Assembly (NCBI GenBank): GCA_963662655.2
Contig: CAXXTU010000002.1
Span: 2,688,001-2,752,000, forward strand
Direction: 5' to 3'
DNA from: Candidatus Cloacimonadales bacterium
Lineage (GTDB): Bacteria > Cloacimonadota > Cloacimonadia > Cloacimonadales > JAIOQZ01
DNA: 64,000 bases
In this document: positions 60,704 to 64,000 of the stretch, piece after piece
Layout: every line of letters begins with the position of its first letter
Numbering within the stretch: position 1 is the stretch's first letter
Notes under the pieces: generated by a model
Seen by the model: only the letters and a program-made list of their open reading frames with translations
Told to the model about the DNA's origin: nothing
Databases searched by the model: none
Program-made: the position numbers and the translations under genes

Positions 60704-61249
60704 ATGCCCGTAGAAAAACCAACCCTACCCACCGGCATGAGCTCCGGCGACCTCGCGAATCTGCTCAACCAGATCGGCGGCGTGGACGTGTACAACGTCC
60801 ACGTCGGGGTCGGCGAGCTGACGGAGAGCGAAATCGCCGCGATGTTCGCGAGTCAGGCGTCGATGGAGACGGAGCTGAGCACGAACTTCGAGGAGCTCGG
60901 CGAGCTGGCCGAGAAGCCGTTCAAGGTCGAGTCGAAGACGGAGAAGCTCAAGACGCGCCACTACCAGATCGAGGGCAAGCGCACCAACGTGGTCACCGTG
61001 ACCATCGTGGGCATCAACGAGGACAAGAAGAACTGGCTCGAGGAGCAGAGCGCGGGGATGGCGCAGATCACGCTCGTGGCCGTGTCCAAGGACAAGACGC
61101 AGGCCGTGCTGATCAACGGCTGCCGCTGGACGGTGGACTGGAGCGGCGAAGCGGACGGCCTCTATACCCAAGAGGTGACGACCGAGTTCACCGGCAAGAC
61201 GAGCGGTAAGGTCAGTTTCTTCAACAAGATTCCGGCCACGGTCGAATAG
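60704..61249 (+). CDS. Probable tail tube protein
   Basis: Size, beta-rich composition and position after capsid. Confidence 0.45.
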   Translation: MPVEKPTLPTGMSSGDLANLLNQIGGVDVYNVHVGVGELTESEIAAMFASQASMETELSTNFEELGELAEKPFKVESKTEKLKTRHYQIEGKRTNVVTVTIVGINEDKKNWLEEQSAGMAQITLVAVSKDKTQAVLINGCRWTVDWSGEADGLYTQEVTTEFTGKTSGKVSFFNKIPATVE

Positions 61250-61257
61250 GAGAAATC

Positions 61258-61458
61258 ATGGAATGCAGATGCGATCCTGAAATTCGTAAGAAGATTTCGG
61301 ACGTGCACAAGGAGGTGTACGGCAACGGCGATTCAAGCCGGTCGATGGTCACCCGAATTGCGCGTCTGGAGACGAATATCAAGCTGCTCACGAGCCTGAC
61401 CGTCAGCCAGTTCTTTCTGCTGATTGGCGTCGCCGTGAAGACCTTTCTGGGGGCGTGA
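61258..61458 (+). CDS. Small coiled-coil + single TM phage protein
   Basis: VYGNG...RIARLE followed by hydrophobic helix. Confidence 0.55.
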   Translation: MECRCDPEIRKKISDVHKEVYGNGDSSRSMVTRIARLETNIKLLTSLTVSQFFLLIGVAVKTFLGA

Positions 61459-61808
61459 TGGACATCTCATACGCGACCTTCCGCAAGGTACTCTCGACGC
61501 TGCTTCGCAACGATCAACTCCGCGATGGGCTGACCGACCTGCTCGCCGGTAACGAGGTCGAGCTAAGCGAAGTCGACTTCCTGGACTTGCTCGAAGAATC
61601 CCACGTCGACATCGACATCCTGCGTATCCTCACCGGACGCGAGCCCGAGGACATCGGCCCCGAGCTGGCGGCGGAGGCGTTTACGGCTTTTTTCTCGGCT
61701 GTCAGAGGCAGTTGGCACGCGTTGACGCCCTTGCTCGACGCTTTGGGCTACACGGCGCGGGTCGAAGCGGGGACAGCTACAGGCGAGTGCGCAAGCACGA
61801 GTCCTTAG
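61455..61808 (+). CDS. Probable tail assembly chaperone (G)
   Basis: Acidic ~117 aa, in-frame T TTT TTC slippery site, overlapping -1 ORF to 61966. Confidence 0.5.
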   Translation: MMDISYATFRKVLSTLLRNDQLRDGLTDLLAGNEVELSEVDFLDLLEESHVDIDILRILTGREPEDIGPELAAEAFTAFFSAVRGSWHALTPLLDALGYTARVEAGTATGECASTSP

Positions 61809-61958
61809 AGCATGGACTCAACACTTCGTGTTTCGCCACCGAACGGCTCGAGATGGCCCTGCGCGGGGTGGGGTTCACGCAGGCTGACTTCATCGAGCTG
61901 AGCTTGCCCGAACTCTACCTCCGCTACTGCCTCGCCATCGAAACCACAAGGAAATCAA

Positions 61959-62720
61959 ATGGATAGTCTGATTACATGGATCGGCGGCAAGAAGCTGCTG
62001 CGAAAGAAAATCGCCGCATTGGTGCCGGACGACATCACCGGTTACGTAGAGCCGTTCGGCGGCGCGGGTTGGGTGCTCTTTCACCGTGACCGCTGGGCTC
62101 GTCTCGAGGTGTACAACGACCTCGATGCGCGGCTGACGAACCTCTTCCTGCAGGTGAAGTTCCACCCCGACGCGCTCGTGAAGGAGCTCGAGCTGATGCC
62201 AGCCTCACGCGCCCTGTTCGACGAGCTGGTCGAGCAGCCCGGACTCACGGAGCTGCAACGCGCCGCGCGATTCCTCTACATCATCACCCGCTCGTTCGGC
62301 GGCAAGGGCGAACACTTCGGACGCGCCTCGACATCAGGTCCGAGCAGTATGCAGCGCAAGTTAGCTCGCGTCCACGACCTCAGCACGCGGCTCGACAAGG
62401 TGACCATCGAACACCTGCCCTACGAGGAGCTGATCGCCTTCTACGACCGGCCCGGCGTGTTCTTCTACTGCGACCCGCCATACGTGCATGGCACGACATA
62501 CGCCAACGCCAGACACTTCGACCACGAGAAGCTCCGCGACGTATTGAAGGGCGTGAAAGGCCGCTGGCTACTCTCCTACGACGACTGCCCTGAGGTGCGC
62601 GAGCTGTACGCTGGTCACACCATCATCCCGGTCTCTCGCGTGAAGGGGATCAACCGGATGAAGGGCGAGAGCATGTTCAAGGAGGTTATCATCGCAAACT
62701 ACGAGGTGTCAGATGAATAG
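61959..62720 (+). CDS. DNA adenine methyltransferase (D12 class) 1
   Basis: WIGGK, YVEPFGG, YND, YCDPPY, LSYDD. Confidence 0.92.
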   Translation: MDSLITWIGGKKLLRKKIAALVPDDITGYVEPFGGAGWVLFHRDRWARLEVYNDLDARLTNLFLQVKFHPDALVKELELMPASRALFDELVEQPGLTELQRAARFLYIITRSFGGKGEHFGRASTSGPSSMQRKLARVHDLSTRLDKVTIEHLPYEELIAFYDRPGVFFYCDPPYVHGTTYANARHFDHEKLRDVLKGVKGRWLLSYDDCPEVRELYAGHTIIPVSRVKGINRMKGESMFKEVIIANYEVSDE

Positions 62721-63588
62721 CGTCATCGGCTGGGTGGGCGGCAAGCGACTCTTGCGCAAGGCGATTGTTCCGCTCATCCCGAAGCACGACACACATGGTG
62801 AGTGCGAAGCACGAATCCACTACGTCGGGAAAACTCGCAGCTTGAACCTGCTGGATAGCTGGTCAGGACTCACGCCTATCGGCGTTCGCCATAACTGCGA
62901 ACCCTTTGCTGGTGCAGCATGGATCCTGTTCGCTAAGTCGCGCGACCACAAGGAATGGCAGGCGACGAAGGGCCAGAAGTACCGCGAAATCCTCAACGAC
63001 ATCAACGGCGAGTTGGTGAATTTCTGGCGGCATGTGAAGCACCATCCGGCCGCGCTGAAAGCGGAACTCGACCGGCTTCTCGCCTCGCGGGAGCTGTTCC
63101 ACGAGTTCCTCGATAGCGAGTCGCGCACCGACCTCGAACGCGCGGTGCGCTTCTACTACGTGCTGGCGTGTTCCTACGGCAGTCTCAGCAGCACGTTCGC
63201 CGTGCGCGGTCACCTGACCATGCTGCCGATCCGTCGCGTGGGCAAGCTGGAAGCTGCCAGTGAGAGGCTACGAGACGTGATCATCGAGCGACTCGACTAC
63301 GAGGCCGTCATCCGCAAGTACGACCGACCAGCGACGTTCTTCTACATCGACCCGCCCTACTACGAGCGTGAGATGCTCTACGAGCGCGACAAGGTGGCTG
63401 CCTTTGACCAGCACGAGGAGCTGGCCAAGCTGCTACGCGAGGTGCAGGGCAAATGGCTGCTCAGCTACAATGACCACCCCGTTATCCGCGAGCTGTACAA
63501 GAACTTCACCATCGATGTGGTGAACACGAGATACTCGGTGTCTGGAACGAACAGAGCGAGTTCAGAGATACTGATCAGGAACTTCTAA
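62713..63588 (+). CDS. DNA adenine methyltransferase (D12 class) 2, with in-frame insertion
   Basis: WVGGK, CEPFAG, LNDING, YIDPPY; about 33 extra residues before EPF. Confidence 0.88.
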   Translation: MNSVIGWVGGKRLLRKAIVPLIPKHDTHGECEARIHYVGKTRSLNLLDSWSGLTPIGVRHNCEPFAGAAWILFAKSRDHKEWQATKGQKYREILNDINGELVNFWRHVKHHPAALKAELDRLLASRELFHEFLDSESRTDLERAVRFYYVLACSYGSLSSTFAVRGHLTMLPIRRVGKLEAASERLRDVIIERLDYEAVIRKYDRPATFFYIDPPYYEREMLYERDKVAAFDQHEELAKLLREVQGKWLLSYNDHPVIRELYKNFTIDVVNTRYSVSGTNRASSEILIRNF

Positions 63589-63606
63589 TGCGAACTCAAG
63601 AAGTAC

Positions 63607-63897
63607 TTACATCATGGAAAATGATGCAACTACCTGTAACACAAAACCCAATACAAGAAATATGACCCCTAAAACTGTCCAGTATTTAGATTTGTCAGCA
63701 TTTCTGATGTGCTCAGGTAAATTTTGACCAATCACGCCTTTTGTATTCGGGTTATTGATAACATCTGCAATCTGACCTAGTGATTTGTCGATAATCCAAA
63801 AGGCACTCATGATTGCTTTAACGAGGGATGAGATGCTAAATGCAAGGACAATTGAGCCTACCAGACTACTTGAAATACCGATTACATTGAGTAGCAT
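63607..63897 (-). CDS. AT-rich membrane-protein moron
   Basis: AAGGAGG RBS, TTGACA upstream at 63946-63951, hydrophobic helices. Confidence 0.65.
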   Translation of the reverse strand: MLLNVIGISSSLVGSIVLAFSISSLVKAIMSAFWIIDKSLGQIADVINNPNTKGVIGQNLPEHIRNADKSKYWTVLGVIFLVLGFVLQVVASFSMM

Positions 63898-63955
63898 AAT
63901 TCCTCCTTATTAGGTTGATCCATAATGATATACACCGCTATTGGCTGTCAAGATA

Positions 63956-64000
63956 ATGAATTCAATTAAGTTCCGCATCATCATTGAGAAGGGCGACGCG
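63956..64000 (+). CDS. Start of next gene (possibly tape measure), truncated
   Basis: ATG reading MNSIKFRIIIEKGDA, open to window end. Confidence 0.3.
   Translation, partial: MNSIKFRIIIEKGDA

Larger units (their letters stand above)
35884..64000 (+). mobile_element. Transposable (Mu-like) prophage, continues beyond window; left end approximate
   Basis: Repressor/ner/MuA/MuB order, terminase, MuF, portal, capsid and tail genes; end repeats at 35884-36028. Confidence 0.9.

Noticed and set aside
1..64000. tRNA, rRNA or CRISPR arrays
   Set aside because: None recognised by eye

Overview
Bacterial chromosome window, probably Candidatus Cloacimonadota. This is an inference from secreted proteins with FlgD-Ig/T9SS-like tails, GLUG and lamin-tail domains and a PorV/FadL-like barrel. 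Bases 1-35.8 kb are host DNA: end of leuD/hacB, a low-GC SEFIR/TIR gene, aqpZ, a complete ISL3 with 8-bp target duplication, queD, engB, a giant HEAT protein, an M1 peptidase, larA, purL, a TsaC-phosphatase fusion, an EnvC-like peptidase, a soluble fumarate-reductase-like pair and malic enzyme. From about 35.88 kb to the window end lies a transposable (Mu-like) prophage. It has a repressor/Ner switch, MuA/MuB, terminase and MuF, but a non-Mu head module (PBSX-type portal, XkdF protease-capsid fusion). It also carries a 10-kb antisense cargo block (type III R-M and a frameshifted giant secreted protein) and two tandem DNA adenine MTases. The main non-annotated signals are: (1) two copies of a ~125-nt structured element with invariant blocks and covarying stems, each directly 3' of an operon; (2) a four-helix-bundle gene bracketed by inverted heptamer arrays; (3) a ~100-bp palindromic element inserted in frame into an MTase; (4) transposase-site-like repeats at the prophage end with an extra copy in the lysis/lysogeny switch; (5) a symmetric AAAAACG array; (6) a shared late-promoter motif; (7) a 17-bp direct repeat bracketing the R-M cassette. 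All calls are by eye; no database search was run.
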